This document shows, piece after piece, positions 45,288-58,449 of a DNA stretch of 64,000 nt. Below the pieces are notes generated by a model. It did no database searches. It was given only the letters and a program-made list of their open reading frames with translations, and was not told the origin of the DNA. Origin of the DNA: an uncultured delta proteobacterium (GTDB taxonomy: Bacteria; Myxococcota; Myxococcia; Myxococcales; Myxococcaceae). The stretch lies in assembly GCA_963713045.1 (NCBI GenBank), contig CAVQKE010000005.1, positions 288,001-352,000 of the forward strand, in the 5' to 3' direction. The stretch's first letter is position 1. The number at the start of each line of letters is the position of its first letter. The position numbers and the translations under genes are program-made.

Positions 45288-45968
45288 CTACAACGCTCCA
45301 AAAATGAGCTGTAAGCAGAACGCCAGAACAGCTGTGTTGTAGGCGAAGGCCAACACCGCCTGTCCCAACACGGTGCGGCGCATGGCCGTGCTGACGACAA
45401 TGACGTCAGACACCTGGAACGTCATCCCCACCGTGAAGGAGAAGTAGGCGAAGTCCAGCTCGCACGGCTCGGCGCCATGCGGAAATTCAAGCCCGCCACA
45501 TTCGACGTCGGCGTCGGGCGCCTCGACGTCGGCGTAATACAGGTGGGCATAGCGCAAGGAATAGGAGGTGTGGGTCAGCACCCAGGCCAGCGCCACCGCC
45601 GCGAGGCTGGCCCACACCAGGACTTCCGGCGCCTCGGGGGCCAGCGTCTTTGCGTTTTTGGCGAAAATGTTGGCCACCACCATGCTGAAGGCGGAGGTGA
45701 AGACGACCAGGAAGCGCAACGCGGTGCGGCCCGCGTCATTGAAGGCGGCCCGTTTTCGCGTCTCGGCCACCGAAGCCCTCAAAATGTGAAGCCAGGACCA
45801 GAAAAGGACGCTGAGTGCCGAGACGTCCCAGGCCAAAATGCCGCGTCCGGCGGCACCCAGCCGCTGAGGAAGCAACCAGTCCACCACGCCGAAGAGGAGG
45901 CAGGCCACCAGCAGCCGGCGGGAGGCCTGCGGGGCGATGGGTAGCGAGAAGCGGTCTATGTCCGACAA
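45288..45968 (-). CDS. DUF1345-family membrane protein
   Basis: Motifs 'LRYAHLYY', 'GGLEFP' and 'DFAYFSFTVGMTFQVSDV'. Confidence 0.85.
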   Translation of the reverse strand: MSDIDRFSLPIAPQASRRLLVACLLFGVVDWLLPQRLGAAGRGILAWDVSALSVLFWSWLHILRASVAETRKRAAFNDAGRTALRFLVVFTSAFSMVVANIFAKNAKTLAPEAPEVLVWASLAAVALAWVLTHTSYSLRYAHLYYADVEAPDADVECGGLEFPHGAEPCELDFAYFSFTVGMTFQVSDVIVVSTAMRRTVLGQAVLAFAYNTAVLAFCLQLIFGAL

Positions 45969-45997
45969 GGCGCCCCTGTCACCAACCGTTGGACGCT

Positions 45998-46480
45998 TCA
46001 GCTGTTCAACAGCTGTTGAAGCGTCTTGTTGCCCAGGACGGCCACGTGGCGGCCATGGAAGGCGGGAAGAAAACCGGTGCGCAGCGCGCGCACCCGCTCG
46101 GCATCCTTCAGCCGCCCGGCGCCGGGAATTTCAAAGGCCACCGACGCCGCGCCGGCCCGGTCCAGCACCGCCGCCGCCGCCGCCAGCCGAGCACCCAGGG
46201 CTGGCCCGTCCGAGAGGGCCTCGCGCCGCCCCAGGCCGAAGACGACAATCCGCCCCGGCCCGAGGCGCCCGCCCGAGGGCAACAGCACCGAGTCGTCGGC
46301 TGCGCCGGTGAAGAAGCCGTCCACCAGAAGGCGGGACAATTGCCCGCATAGCCGCCAGTCGCTGAGGCCTGAGGCGCCGGTCAGGGGGCGCTCGTCCTCG
46401 GCGACAAACAGGCACAAGGTGTCCACCGAGTCGAGGCTGTCCAGCGTCTCGAGCGACAACTCATACACGCTGACACTCAT
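45998..46480 (-). CDS. M17 leucyl aminopeptidase N-terminal-domain-like protein
   Basis: Motif 'EDERPLTGASGLSDWRLCGQLSRLL..GFFTG'. No catalytic domain. Confidence 0.7.
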   Translation of the reverse strand: MSVSVYELSLETLDSLDSVDTLCLFVAEDERPLTGASGLSDWRLCGQLSRLLVDGFFTGAADDSVLLPSGGRLGPGRIVVFGLGRREALSDGPALGARLAAAAAVLDRAGAASVAFEIPGAGRLKDAERVRALRTGFLPAFHGRHVAVLGNKTLQQLLNS

Positions 46481-46905
46481 GCCTTCCCCACCGCCTGGGC
46501 AATTCTGTCCAAGACGCCGTTGATGAAGGCCGAGGACTCCTCGGTGCCGAAGCGCTTTCCCAACTCCACCGCCTCGTTGAGGGTCACCTTCTTGGGGATG
46601 TCCTCGCGAAAGCGCAATTCATAGACCGCCACCCGCAGCACACTTCGGTCCACCCGGGCCATGCGGTCCAGCCTCCAGTTGTGGCTGTGCTCCTCAATCA
46701 AGCGGTCGATTTCTTCCTGGTGGCCCCCAACCCCTTGCACCAATTCCAAGGCAAAGGCCCGCGCGTCGGCTTGCGCCTTGGCATTGCCTTCTTCCGGGGA
46801 GGAGGCCCAGGCAGCCTCCAGCGCGGCTTCGGGCTCCGGCGCGCCCATTTCCAACTGGTAGAGCGCCTGCAGCGCGCGCTCCCGTCCGGTGCGGCGGGCC
46901 CCCAC
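46477..46905 (-). CDS. nusB: Transcription antitermination factor NusB
   Basis: Motifs 'RERALQALYQ', 'NWRLDRMARVDRSVLR', 'NEAVELGKRFG' and 'FINGVLD'. Confidence 0.96.
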   Translation of the reverse strand: MGARRTGRERALQALYQLEMGAPEPEAALEAAWASSPEEGNAKAQADARAFALELVQGVGGHQEEIDRLIEEHSHNWRLDRMARVDRSVLRVAVYELRFREDIPKKVTLNEAVELGKRFGTEESSAFINGVLDRIAQAVGKA

Positions 46906-46907
46906 GG

Positions 46908-47390
46908 CTAGCGCTTCTTGGCGGGTTGCAGCCGCGCGTAGAGGTTCACCATCTCCAGACAGGCCATGGCCGCCTCGGCCCCCTTGTTTCCAGACTTCAT
47001 CCCGGACCGCTCCACCGCTTGCTCCACGGTGTCGCAGGTCAGCACGCCAAAGGTCACCGCGCAGTGGGCGTCCAGGGCCACCTGGCCAATGCCCTTCGTC
47101 ACCTCGGCGGCGATGTATTCGAAGTGGGGCGTCCCGCCGCGAATGACGCAGCCCAGGGCCACCACGCCGACGTATTGGCCGCTCTCCACCGCACGGCGCA
47201 CCACGGCCGGCAACTCAAAGGTACCGGGCACCTTCAGCACGTCGACGTCGTCGGCGGCGACGCCATGACGGAGGAGGGCGTCTTCAGCCCCGGCCCGCAG
47301 CTGTTCCGTAATGGGGCCATTCCAGCGGCTGACGCAGAGGGCGAAGCGCCCGGGGGGGGCGAGGAAGTTGCCTTCGAAGACGGGGGACAT
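46908..47390 (-). CDS. ribH: 6,7-dimethyl-8-ribityllumazine synthase
   Basis: Motifs 'VPGTFELP', 'LGCVIRGGTPHFEY', 'FGVLT' and 'GNKG'. Confidence 0.96.
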   Translation of the reverse strand: MSPVFEGNFLAPPGRFALCVSRWNGPITEQLRAGAEDALLRHGVAADDVDVLKVPGTFELPAVVRRAVESGQYVGVVALGCVIRGGTPHFEYIAAEVTKGIGQVALDAHCAVTFGVLTCDTVEQAVERSGMKSGNKGAEAAMACLEMVNLYARLQPAKKR

Positions 47391-47417
47391 ACAGCTCCAG
47401 AGGCCTCGGGAAGGGGG

Positions 47418-48599
47418 TTAGCGGGCCCGCACCGGCGCCAGGGCACGCCGGGGTGGGGCAGCGGTGCCGCCGAGCGGCAGCTGTTCGACAATCTCCAGGG
47501 AATAGCTTTCTAGGCCGACTATTTTCTTCGGGTTGTTGGTGAGGAGCCGCAGCCGGCGCAACCCCAAGTCCTTGAGGATTTGGGCGCCGATGCCGAATTC
47601 GCGCAGCCGGCCTCTGTCGTCGGAAGCGGCGGAACGCGCTTCGGCGGCGGCCTTGTGGGTGCAGGACAGCGCCTGGGCTGCCGTCTCATCGCGCCGCAAG
47701 TACACCAGCACCCCGCGGCCGGCCTGGGCAATGGCCGAAAAGGCAGCCTCCAGCTGCGCGCCACAGTCACAGGCGCGGCTACCGAAGACGTCGCCCACCG
47801 GACAGGCCCGGTGCACCCGGGTGAGGACTGGCTTCGCCCCAACCACGTCCCCTTTCACCAGGGCGACGTGCACTGCCTTGTCGACGTCGCTGGCGTAGGC
47901 GTGCGCCTGCCAGCTGCCCTGGCCGGAGCGCTCCAGAAGTGCCGAATTCACCCGACGCACCAGGCGGTCGCGTTGCAGCCGGTAGCGGATGAGGTCCGCC
48001 ACCGAAAGCATGGTGAGGCGGTGCCGCCGGGTGAAGCGCAACAGCTCCGGCCGGCGGGCCATGCTGCCGTCGGCATTCATCACCTCGCAGATGACGCCGG
48101 CCGGTGAAAGTCCGGCCAGCCGGGCGAGGTCCACGGAACCCTCGGTTTGCCCAGTGCGGACCAGGACGCCGCCCTCGCGCGCCCGCAGGGGGAAGACGTG
48201 CCCGGGACGCACCAAGTCCCCTGGCTTCGCAGCCGGGGCAACGGCCACCTGGATGGTGCGGGCGCGGTCGGCTGCAGAAATGCCAGTGGTGACCCCCTCC
48301 GCGGCCTCGATGGAGACGGTGAAGGCAGTGCCGTAGGGGGAGGTGTTGTCATGCACCATCAGCGGCAGGTTGAGCTGGCGCAGCCGGTCGTCGGTGAGGG
48401 ACAGACAGATGAGTCCCCGGCCGTGGGTGGCCATGAAGTTGATGGCGGCCGGCGTCACCTTGGCCGCGGCCATCACCAAGTCCCCTTCGTTTTCCCGGTC
48501 CTCGTCGTCGGTGAGGACGACCATCTTCCCCTTGCGGATGTCGCCCAAAGCCCTCTCGACGAGCGCGATGCTGCCCACTTCTTCCAGTCGCCGCGCCAT
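47418..48599 (-). CDS. ribB: DHBP synthase fused to a GTP cyclohydrolase II-like domain (apparently degenerate, RibBX-type)
   Basis: RibB motifs '[10 protein letters not shown]', 'TAFTVSIEA', 'GISAADRA' and 'RPGHVFPL'. The C-domain has 'RVHRAC..CDCG' and 'LLTNNPKK' but no EGRG. Confidence 0.9.
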   Translation of the reverse strand: MARRLEEVGSIALVERALGDIRKGKMVVLTDDEDRENEGDLVMAAAKVTPAAINFMATHGRGLICLSLTDDRLRQLNLPLMVHDNTSPYGTAFTVSIEAAEGVTTGISAADRARTIQVAVAPAAKPGDLVRPGHVFPLRAREGGVLVRTGQTEGSVDLARLAGLSPAGVICEVMNADGSMARRPELLRFTRRHRLTMLSVADLIRYRLQRDRLVRRVNSALLERSGQGSWQAHAYASDVDKAVHVALVKGDVVGAKPVLTRVHRACPVGDVFGSRACDCGAQLEAAFSAIAQAGRGVLVYLRRDETAAQALSCTHKAAAEARSAASDDRGRLREFGIGAQILKDLGLRRLRLLTNNPKKIVGLESYSLEIVEQLPLGGTAAPPRRALAPVRAR

Positions 48600-48611
48600 G
48601 TGCCTTCTTGC

Positions 48612-49250
48612 CTACTCCGCCACGCCGAATCCCGCTGCCCTTAACACGTCCAAGTCCAGCCTGCCGCCGAGGCCCACCAGGCGCGAGACGTACTTGCCGA
48701 TGACGTCGGCCTCCACATTCACCTGGGTCCCAGTGGACTTCTGCGCCAGGGTGGTACGGGCCTGTGTCTCCGGAATAAGAGCCACCGAGAAGCGGCCGCG
48801 TTCCAGTCGGTTGACGGTGAGGCTGACGCCGTCCACGGCCACCGAGCCCTTTTCAATGAAGAACGGGGCCAGCGCTTCAGAAAGGCTGACGTCCAGCACC
48901 ACCGCACCGCCGTCGCGCCGCGAGGACAGGACGGTGGACACCCCGTCCACGTGCCCGAGGACAAGGTGGCCGCCGAGCCTGTCCGACAGCCGCAAGGCCC
49001 TCTCCAAATTCACCCGGCTGCCGGTGCGAAGGGCGCCCAAGGTGGTGCGGCGCAGCGTCTCCGGCCCGGCCTGCACCCGGAAGGCCTGCGAGGTGTGCTC
49101 CACCACCGTCAGGCAGGCGCCGTCGATGGCGATGGACTCGCCCAAGGTGAAGCCATCCGCGCCCAGGGAAGTGCGCACCCACAAGTCCGTGGTGCTTCCA
49201 GGCTGGGTGCGTTCGACAACGCCGACGTCTTGAATGAGTCCAGTAAACAT
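48612..49250 (-). CDS. ribE: Riboflavin synthase
   Basis: N-terminal 'MFTGL', then '[11 protein letters not shown]', '[11 protein letters not shown]' and '[13 protein letters not shown]'. Confidence 0.96.
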   Translation of the reverse strand: MFTGLIQDVGVVERTQPGSTTDLWVRTSLGADGFTLGESIAIDGACLTVVEHTSQAFRVQAGPETLRRTTLGALRTGSRVNLERALRLSDRLGGHLVLGHVDGVSTVLSSRRDGGAVVLDVSLSEALAPFFIEKGSVAVDGVSLTVNRLERGRFSVALIPETQARTTLAQKSTGTQVNVEADVIGKYVSRLVGLGGRLDLDVLRAAGFGVAE

Positions 49251-49331
49251 GAAGAAGCCCTTCCCGCGTTTATAACGCGCAACTTCCCCTGCATGGGACG
49301 TCCGGGCCGCTGTTAGCTTGGTGGACTGCAC

Positions 49332-51251
<1,920 letters not shown>

Positions 51252-51275
51252 TGGCGGTCGGCCGGGCCCCCCCTC

Positions 51276-53063
51276 TCAACGGCCGGCCGCCTCCTCGGCG
51301 AGGCGTGCCAATCGAACGAAACCGGCGGTCCGCGCTTCGGCAGAAAGCGCTTGGGCGCGTTGCACGCGCTCGGCGGAGCCCCGGCTGAGGGCCTGGACTT
51401 CGGCCAGCTGCACTTCGAGGAGGAGGCGCCCGGCGCCTTCCTGCTGGGCTTGGGCATGCAGCTCCGCGAGGAGGGCCGAGGCCCGGGCCGGGTTGAGAGA
51501 AGCGACTTCGGCGCGAGCCAACTCCAGCTGCGCGGACTGAAGCACCGGCCGCTGACGCGTGGCTTCGGCCGCCTCCACGGCCTCCCGCGCGGCGGCCGCC
51601 GCCGCCACCGCCTGGCCGCTCTCGCGCAGACTGCGTGCCTTGAGGCGCGCCGCCTGGGCCTTGGGCAAGGGCTCTGAGGAGAGCATTTCGATGACTTTCG
51701 TCGCTGCGGCGACGTCATGCGTGTCGAGCAGCAGCTCGGCCAACAGGGCCTGCACCGCGTCCTGGGCCACCAGCGACGTGGCTGCTTCCAAACGCTCCCG
51801 AGCGGCTGCCGGCTTGTCCTGTTCCCGCTCCACCGAGGCCGCCAGCAGCACCGGCTCGGCGGCGTTGGCGTCCTTGGAGAGAATATTCAGCGCTGTCTCG
51901 GCCATCGCTTGGGCGCGCGGCATGTCCCCGCGTTCCAGCGCCACGCGGCCAAAGGAGGCGTACACCTCGCCGTCGTTGTGGAGAATTCTCTCCGGGTAGC
52001 CCTTCACGCGCCCCAGCAGCGTTTCCGCCCGGCGCGGCTCTCCGGCCCAGAGGTAGTCCTGGGCGCCGTTGCGGGCGGCGTGCACGGCGGCATAGGTGGC
52101 GCCAAAGGTTTCGAGGAGGCCCAGCTGCCTTTCAAACTCCGTGGCCGCCGCGAGAAACTCCCGTTTCTCCTCCAGCACCGCCGCGCGCTCTCCGGCCACC
52201 CGGGCCGCCTCGAAGGGCTGATTGCCGTCCAGGTACGTCTTCTCGGCAAGCGTCAGTAGCTGCAGGGCAACGTCGAAGTGTCCCTCCCGGGCTGCCAATA
52301 GGCTGCGCTGGCGGAGGGCCGCCGCGCGGAGGAAGCGGTTGTCGGCGCCCTCCAGCTTCGGCTCGGCGCGGTCCAAGGCCTGTTGGGCCCGGCCGTCCTC
52401 ATGTTCATTGAAGGCCAGCCTGGCCTCCATCAAGTCAAAGCGCGCGTCCCGCGTCACCGGAGAGGCGCTGGCCCGTGCCCGGGCGAGGACGGCCAGAGAC
52501 TCCGGCGCCGGCACACAGCCGGTGAGGAGGAGAGAGGGGTAGAGGGCCTCGAAGTTGTCCGGCTCACTGTCGCGCAGCGCGCGGGCTGCGACGGCGCACT
52601 TTTCCCACTGGTTTTGACTCCAGAAGGCATGCGGTTCGACGCGCAGGCGAATGGGCTCCGGTGCGCCCTGGGACAGGCGGACCGCGTCCTGCATTGCCTG
52701 GACGACGTCGGTGCTGTTGCCGAGGAAGTAGAGGGCCACGGTGCGCCGCAGGGGCGCCAGGGCGAAGGCCGGGTCCAGCTGCGAGGCCTTCTGGAAAAGT
52801 GGCACCGCCTCGGCCCACCGGTACTGCCGCATGCGCGCCATGCCTTCGCGGTAGGCGTCGGCGGCGGCCGGCGCGGGCGGCCGCGCCTGCAGGGCGCGCG
52901 CATCCGGGTCCGCCTGCGCTAGTCCATCGGCCTGCCGGCGAAGGGACACCACCCACACGAGGCCCAACGCCAGGCAGGCAGCGCTCAGCGCCAGGGCGAG
53001 AGTGCGGTAACCGGTGGAGGCCGGGCGCGGCCCGGCCTGCGGAGGGGTGGCGCTCACGGGCAA
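51276..53063 (-). CDS. Membrane-anchored TPR protein
   Basis: N-terminal TM 'LALALSAACLALGLVWVV' followed by Ala-rich TPR-like repeats. Confidence 0.75.
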   Translation of the reverse strand: MPVSATPPQAGPRPASTGYRTLALALSAACLALGLVWVVSLRRQADGLAQADPDARALQARPPAPAAADAYREGMARMRQYRWAEAVPLFQKASQLDPAFALAPLRRTVALYFLGNSTDVVQAMQDAVRLSQGAPEPIRLRVEPHAFWSQNQWEKCAVAARALRDSEPDNFEALYPSLLLTGCVPAPESLAVLARARASASPVTRDARFDLMEARLAFNEHEDGRAQQALDRAEPKLEGADNRFLRAAALRQRSLLAAREGHFDVALQLLTLAEKTYLDGNQPFEAARVAGERAAVLEEKREFLAAATEFERQLGLLETFGATYAAVHAARNGAQDYLWAGEPRRAETLLGRVKGYPERILHNDGEVYASFGRVALERGDMPRAQAMAETALNILSKDANAAEPVLLAASVEREQDKPAAARERLEAATSLVAQDAVQALLAELLLDTHDVAAATKVIEMLSSEPLPKAQAARLKARSLRESGQAVAAAAAAREAVEAAEATRQRPVLQSAQLELARAEVASLNPARASALLAELHAQAQQEGAGRLLLEVQLAEVQALSRGSAERVQRAQALSAEARTAGFVRLARLAEEAAGR

Positions 53064-53126
53064 CAGGCAGCCTAGCGTCCAGCGCGGTGGTGCGTCGACG
53101 GCGCCAACCCGCTGCGTCGACGCGCT

Positions 53127-54302
53127 TCAGGGGACGGACGGCCAGAGGAAACGCGCCTCCACCCGGACGTCGCTTCCAAGCTGCGTCACGTCGTCCACCG
53201 CCAGCGGCACCGCGTCCGTCATGTGCGCCAGGCCCAGCGGGCCCAGCCAGGACAGCCCTTCTGCGCCCAGCAGCTTGGGCGCGAGGTACAGCACCAGCGT
53301 GTCCGGCAGTCTGGCTAGTACCAGCGCTGAAAACAGCCTGGCGCCGCCTTCCACCAAAACGTGCAGGGCCCCCTCCTCCACCAACCGCCGCAGCAGCGCC
53401 GTCAACTGCAGCCCTTCGGCCGCCCGGGGCACGCCCCACACCTGGGCGCCCGTCGGCGCCAGCCGCGCGGCAAGCCCGGCCGCCGCGTCCTCGGCTGTCA
53501 CCACCACCGTCCGGTGAGGCTCCACCTGGTGCAGCACCCGGGCGTCCAGCGGCAGGGTGCCTTGCGTGTCCAGCACCAGGCGCAGCGGGTTTGGGCCTTG
53601 CCCGGAAGCAAGCCGGGTCGTCAGCCGCGGATTGTCCGCGCGCACCGTCCCACCGCCGACGAGGATGGCGTCCACCTGGCTGCGCAGCCGGTGCACGTCC
53701 GCGCGCGCCTCCTCGCCGCTGACCCAGCGCGAATCTCCACCGGCAGCGGCCAGTTTTCCGTCCAGTGTCACCGCGGCTTTCAACGTCACCAGCGGCAGTC
53801 CGGTGCGCATCGCTTTGAAGAAGGGGCCATTCAGCGCGTCGGCCTCGGCCTGCAGCACCCCGGTCCACACCGGCAGCCCGGCGGCGCGGAGCCGGGCCAG
53901 CCCCTTGCCATTCACCAGGGGGTTGGGGTCGGTGGAGGCGGACACCACGCGGGCCACGCCTGCGTCCAGAATGGCGCGGGTGCAGGGCGGGGTGCGGCCC
54001 CAGTGGTCGCACGGTTCCAGCGTGGTGTAGAGGTCCGCCCCGCGCGCCAGAGAGCCCGCTTCTTCCAGCGCCACCACTTCTGCATGCGGCGCCCCGGCAT
54101 GTGCATGGTGGCCGCGGCCCACCACCACAGCGTCTCGGACCACCACCGCGCCGACACACGGGTTGGGGTGGGTCCGGCCGAAGGCGCGCCGGGCCTCCAC
54201 CAGCGCCTCGCCCATGAAGCGCTCCGCCAGCGGCGGGGGCGGGCCGTCAGGACTTCCCGGAGCGCTCGCGCTTACGGACGGGGGGACGGGTGGGGTCATC
54301 AA
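53127..54302 (-). CDS. ribD: Riboflavin biosynthesis deaminase/reductase
   Basis: Motifs 'PNPCVGAV', 'HAE', '[14 protein letters not shown]', 'TLDGK' and 'VEGG'. Exact start is uncertain. Confidence 0.95.
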   Translation of the reverse strand: MMTPPVPPSVSASAPGSPDGPPPPLAERFMGEALVEARRAFGRTHPNPCVGAVVVRDAVVVGRGHHAHAGAPHAEVVALEEAGSLARGADLYTTLEPCDHWGRTPPCTRAILDAGVARVVSASTDPNPLVNGKGLARLRAAGLPVWTGVLQAEADALNGPFFKAMRTGLPLVTLKAAVTLDGKLAAAGGDSRWVSGEEARADVHRLRSQVDAILVGGGTVRADNPRLTTRLASGQGPNPLRLVLDTQGTLPLDARVLHQVEPHRTVVVTAEDAAAGLAARLAPTGAQVWGVPRAAEGLQLTALLRRLVEEGALHVLVEGGARLFSALVLARLPDTLVLYLAPKLLGAEGLSWLGPLGLAHMTDAVPLAVDDVTQLGSDVRVEARFLWPSVP

Positions 54303-54744
54303 GTAGGTCCTTCAACTCAGTCATGAATTCGGCAATGTCCCGGAAGCTTCGGTAGACGGACGCGAAACGGACGTACGCCACCTCGTCCAGCTCCCGCAAC
54401 CGCCGCATGACGTCCTCCCCCACGGCGCTGGAGGGAATCTCCTTCTCCCCCAAGGCCTGCAGGCGCCCCTCCACCGCACTCACCAGCTCCTCCAGCTGGT
54501 CCATCGACACCGGGCGCTTCTCGACCGCCTTCTTCAGCCCCAGAAGCAGCTTGTCTCGGTCGAAAGGCTCCCGCCGGCCGTCCTTCTTCACCACCAGCGG
54601 CATCAACTCCTCCACCCTCTCATAGGTGGTGAAGCGGCGCTTGCAGCCGAGGCACTCCCTGCGTCGCCGCGTCACCGCGCCTTCCTGCGACTCGCGCGAG
54701 TCGAGCACCTTGTTTTCCGCGCGGTGACAGTAGGGGCAGCGCAT
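54247..54744 (-). CDS. nrdR: Transcriptional repressor NrdR
   Basis: Motifs 'MRCPYC', '[17 protein letters not shown]' and '[10 protein letters not shown]'. Confidence 0.97.
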   Translation of the reverse strand: MRCPYCHRAENKVLDSRESQEGAVTRRRRECLGCKRRFTTYERVEELMPLVVKKDGRREPFDRDKLLLGLKKAVEKRPVSMDQLEELVSAVEGRLQALGEKEIPSSAVGEDVMRRLRELDEVAYVRFASVYRSFRDIAEFMTELKDLLDDPTRPPVRKRERSGKS

Positions 54745-54785
54745 TTCTGTTGTGGGCTGCCTGCCCGCCCGGGCCCCGGGGGCGG

Positions 54786-56039
54786 CTAGAGCCGTCCGGC
54801 GTAGAGGGGGAAGCTTCGCGCCATCTCCTTCACCTTGCCACGCACTCGGGCCAGCGCGCCCTCGTCGGCGGCATGGTCGAGGGCCTCCGAGAGGAGCGCC
54901 CCCACCTGCGCCATTTCCGCTTCTTTCATCCCGCGCGTGGTGAGGGCCGGCGTCCCGACGCGAATGCCGGACGTCACCATCGGCTTCTCCGGGTCAAAGG
55001 GAATCATATTCTTGTTGACGGTGATTCCCGCCTTGTCGAGTGCCGCTTCGGCGACCTTGCCGGTGAGGTGCTTGGGGCGCAGGTCCACCAGCATCAAATG
55101 GGTGTCGGTGCCGCCGGAGACGAGGCGGCAGCCGCCCTGTGCCAGCGCCTCGGCCAGCGCCGCGGCATTGCGGACAATCTGCCGCTGGTAGTCGCGGAAG
55201 TCCGGGCTGAGCGCCTCCTGGAAGGCGACGGCTTTGGCAGCAATCACGTGCATCAGTGGGCCGCCCTGAATGCCCGGAAACACCTGACTATTGATGGCCT
55301 TGGCGTAAGCCTCCTTGGACAGCACCAGGCCCCCGCGGGGACCGCGCAGCGTCTTGTGGGTGGTGCTGGTCACCACTTCGGCCAGTGGCACCGGAGAGGG
55401 GTGCACTCCGGCCGCCACCAGCCCGGCAATGTGCGCCATGTCCACCACCATCGCCGCGCCGGCTTCGTCGGCCACCTCACGGAAGGCGGCAAAGTCCAGC
55501 GTCCGCGAATAGGCCGAGGCGCCCACCACCAGCACCTTGGGGTGGGCCTCCAGCGCCAGGCGGCGCACCTGCGCCATGTCAATGCGTTCCGTCTTGGGGT
55601 CCAGGCCGTAGTGCACCACCCGGTACAGCTTCCCGGAGAAATTCAGTGGCATCCCGTGGGTGAGGTGGCCGCCGGAGTTGAGGTCCAAGGAAAGCAGCGT
55701 GTCCCCTGGGGCCATCAGCGCCATGTAGGCCGCCATGTTGGCCTGGCTTCCGGAGTGCGGCTGGACGTTGACCGCCTCGGCGCCAAACAGCGCGCGGGCG
55801 CGCTGAATGGCGAGGGACTCCACGACGTCCACCACTTCGCAGCCCCCGTAGTACCGCCGGCCGGGGTAGCCCTCGGCGTACTTGTTGGTCAGCACCGAGC
55901 CGGCGGCAGCCAACACCGCGCGGCTGACGAAGTTTTCCGAGGCGATGAGCTCCAGCCCCTCCTCCTGGCGAAGCATCTCGCGCCGAATGGCGTCGGAAAT
56001 CTCCGGGTCAACCTGGGCGAGCGTGGGGGCAGGGTCCAT
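54786..56039 (-). CDS. glyA: Serine hydroxymethyltransferase
   Basis: Motifs 'LIASENF', '[15 protein letters not shown]', '[11 protein letters not shown]' and '[12 protein letters not shown]'. Confidence 0.98.
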   Translation of the reverse strand: MDPAPTLAQVDPEISDAIRREMLRQEEGLELIASENFVSRAVLAAAGSVLTNKYAEGYPGRRYYGGCEVVDVVESLAIQRARALFGAEAVNVQPHSGSQANMAAYMALMAPGDTLLSLDLNSGGHLTHGMPLNFSGKLYRVVHYGLDPKTERIDMAQVRRLALEAHPKVLVVGASAYSRTLDFAAFREVADEAGAAMVVDMAHIAGLVAAGVHPSPVPLAEVVTSTTHKTLRGPRGGLVLSKEAYAKAINSQVFPGIQGGPLMHVIAAKAVAFQEALSPDFRDYQRQIVRNAAALAEALAQGGCRLVSGGTDTHLMLVDLRPKHLTGKVAEAALDKAGITVNKNMIPFDPEKPMVTSGIRVGTPALTTRGMKEAEMAQVGALLSEALDHAADEGALARVRGKVKEMARSFPLYAGRL

Positions 56040-56104
56040 GGCGGGCGGGCACTCTACCCCAGGAGCGCGACGTCCCGAGGGTTGGGGCGCCGCGCTTCCA
56101 GCCA

Positions 56105-57364
56105 CTACTTGAAGCGCTTGAAAATCAGCACGCCGTTGGTGCCGCCGAAGCCGAAGGAGTTGCTGAGGACGGCATTGACGCGGACTTCGCGCGGGGCGTT
56201 GGGCACGTAGTCCAAGTCACATTCCGGGTCTGGCGTCATGTAGTTGGCGGTGGGGGGAATCACCCCGCGGGCCAGGGCCAGGGCGCACACCACCGCTTCG
56301 GCGCCGCCGGCCGCTCCCAGCATGTGGGCCGTCATCGACTTGGTGGAGCTGACCATCAGCTTGTAGGCATGCGCGCCGAAGACGGACTTGATGGCCTTCG
56401 TCTCGTTGGCGTCGTTGAAGGGGGTGGAGGTGCCGTGGGCGTTGATGTAGCCAATTTCCTCGGGGGCCATGCCGGCGTCGCGCAGGGCGAGCCGCATGCA
56501 GCGGGCGGCCCCCTCCCCTTCGGGCGCGGGCTGCGTTTCGTGGAAGGCGTCGGAATTGGCGCCGTAGCCCACCACCTCCGCAAGAATGGTGGCGCCCCGC
56601 CGGCGCGCGTGTTCCAGCTCCTCCAACACCACCACCCCCGCCCCTTCCCCCATCACGAAGCCGTCGCGGTCGCGGTCGAAAGGCCGGCTGGCGTGCTCCG
56701 GGTCGTCGTTTCGGGTGCTGAGGGCCTTCATCACCGCGAAGCCGCCGATGGACAGTGGGGTGATGGAAGCCTCGGCGCCGCCGGCGATGGCGGCGTCGGT
56801 TTCGCCAATGCGGATGGACTTCAGGGCCTCGCCGATGGCGTGCGCGCTGGTGGCGCAAGCCGACACCGGAGACCAGTTGGGCCCCTTGGCGCCGTAGCGG
56901 ATGCTGACGTGGCCCGGGGCCATGTTAATAATCATCTGCAGGATGAAGAAGGGCGAGATGCGGTCGAAGCCCTTCTCCAGCGCGCGCTTGTGCTGTTCCT
57001 CGAGGGAGCCAATGCCGCCGATGCCGGAGCCGATGATGACCGCGACCTTCTCGGCTTCGTAGCCGTGGGGCTTGTCGGTGCCGATGGGCAAGCCGCTCTC
57101 GCGCATCGCCATCTCCGAGGCGGCCATCGCGTACTGGCTGAAGAGGTCCATCCGCCGCCACTCGCGGCGTTCCATCCCCCAGTCCTCGGGGTTGAAGTCC
57201 TTGACTTCGCCGGCGATGCGCGCCGACAGCTGGCTCGGGTCAAACTTGGTGACCGGACCGACGCCTGACTTTCCGGCGAGCAGGCCCGACCAGGACTTCT
57301 CCGTCCCAGTGCCCAGGGCGGTAATCAGGCCAGTACCGGTGATGACGACGCGGCGAGGAGCCAT
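56105..57364 (-). CDS. fabF: 3-oxoacyl-ACP synthase II
   Basis: Motifs 'RRVVITG', 'SACATS', 'NAHGTST', 'KSMTAH' and '[10 protein letters not shown]'. Confidence 0.97.
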   Translation of the reverse strand: MAPRRVVITGTGLITALGTGTEKSWSGLLAGKSGVGPVTKFDPSQLSARIAGEVKDFNPEDWGMERREWRRMDLFSQYAMAASEMAMRESGLPIGTDKPHGYEAEKVAVIIGSGIGGIGSLEEQHKRALEKGFDRISPFFILQMIINMAPGHVSIRYGAKGPNWSPVSACATSAHAIGEALKSIRIGETDAAIAGGAEASITPLSIGGFAVMKALSTRNDDPEHASRPFDRDRDGFVMGEGAGVVVLEELEHARRRGATILAEVVGYGANSDAFHETQPAPEGEGAARCMRLALRDAGMAPEEIGYINAHGTSTPFNDANETKAIKSVFGAHAYKLMVSSTKSMTAHMLGAAGGAEAVVCALALARGVIPPTANYMTPDPECDLDYVPNAPREVRVNAVLSNSFGFGGTNGVLIFKRFK

Positions 57365-57376
57365 TACGGCCAGGGC

Positions 57377-57619
57377 CTACTTCTTGTGGGAGTTGATGTA
57401 GTTGATGGCATCCCCGACGGTCTTGATGTTTTCGGCTTCCTCGTCGGGAATCTCCACCTCGAATTCCTCTTCCATCGCCATCACCAGCTCGACGATGTCG
57501 AGGCTGTCCGCCCCGAGGTCTTCGATGAACGACGACTCCGGCTTAATCTCATCCTCACCCACCCCCAGTTGGTCGGCGATGATGGACTTGACCTTCGCCT
57601 CGATAGCGCTCGTCGACAT
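57377..57619 (-). CDS. acpP: Acyl carrier protein
   Basis: Motif '[20 protein letters not shown]'. Confidence 0.98.
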   Translation of the reverse strand: MSTSAIEAKVKSIIADQLGVGEDEIKPESSFIEDLGADSLDIVELVMAMEEEFEVEIPDEEAENIKTVGDAINYINSHKK

Positions 57620-57705
57620 GTCGTTGCCTCCGGTACTTCCTCGGTCCTCTTGAACGCCGCCGGCGAGGACCCGTTCTCGGCCGGCGCGTATAACAGGCGG
57701 CCCTG

Positions 57706-58446
57706 CTACATGTACATGCCGCCGTTGACTCGCAACACTTCTCCCGTGGTGTAGGACGCGGCGTCACTGGCCAAAAACAGCACCGCCTGGGCGACTTCCT
57801 CGGCCCTCCCCAGCCGCCCGAGCGGAATGAGGGTGAGAAGTCGGTTACGCATCTCCGCTGAAAGCTTCGACGTCATGTCGGTGTCGATGAAGCCTGGGGA
57901 CACCGCGTTGACGCGGATGTTACGGCTGGCAAGTTCATGCGCCAGGGCCTTGGTCAGCCCCACCAGCCCGGCCTTGCTGGCGGCATAGGCGGCCTGGCCG
58001 GCGTTCCCCGTCTCGCCCACCACCGAGGCGAGGTTGATGATGGCACCGCTGCGCTGCTTCATCATCGGCCGCGCCGCGGCCCGTGACAGCGCGAAGGCCC
58101 CTTTGAGGTTGGTGTCCAGCTGCCGGTCCCAATCCTCATCCTTGACGCGCACCAACAGGCCATCCACCGCCACCCCGGCGTTGTTCACCAGCACGTCCAG
58201 CCGTCCGTAGTCGCGGACGACGTCTTCGACGCAGACCGCACCGGCCGCGGTATCCGCCACGTCGAATTTCACCGCCCGGCAAGCCGGCCCAGCCAGCCGC
58301 ACCGTGTCCTCGGCCGCCGCTTGATTGCCGGCGTAGCTGAACACCACCTTGGCCGAGGCTTTGGCGAAGGCCAGCACGCACGCGCGGCCAATCCCCCGCG
58401 AGCCGCCGGTCACCAGCACCACCTTGCCCGAGAAGTCCCAATTCAA
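57706..58446 (-). CDS. fabG: 3-oxoacyl-ACP reductase
   Basis: Motifs 'TGGSRGIG', 'NNAG' and 'YAASK'; sits in the fab cluster. Confidence 0.95.
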   Translation of the reverse strand: MNWDFSGKVVLVTGGSRGIGRACVLAFAKASAKVVFSYAGNQAAAEDTVRLAGPACRAVKFDVADTAAGAVCVEDVVRDYGRLDVLVNNAGVAVDGLLVRVKDEDWDRQLDTNLKGAFALSRAAARPMMKQRSGAIINLASVVGETGNAGQAAYAASKAGLVGLTKALAHELASRNIRVNAVSPGFIDTDMTSKLSAEMRNRLLTLIPLGRLGRAEEVAQAVLFLASDAASYTTGEVLRVNGGMYM

Positions 58447-58449
58447 GCG

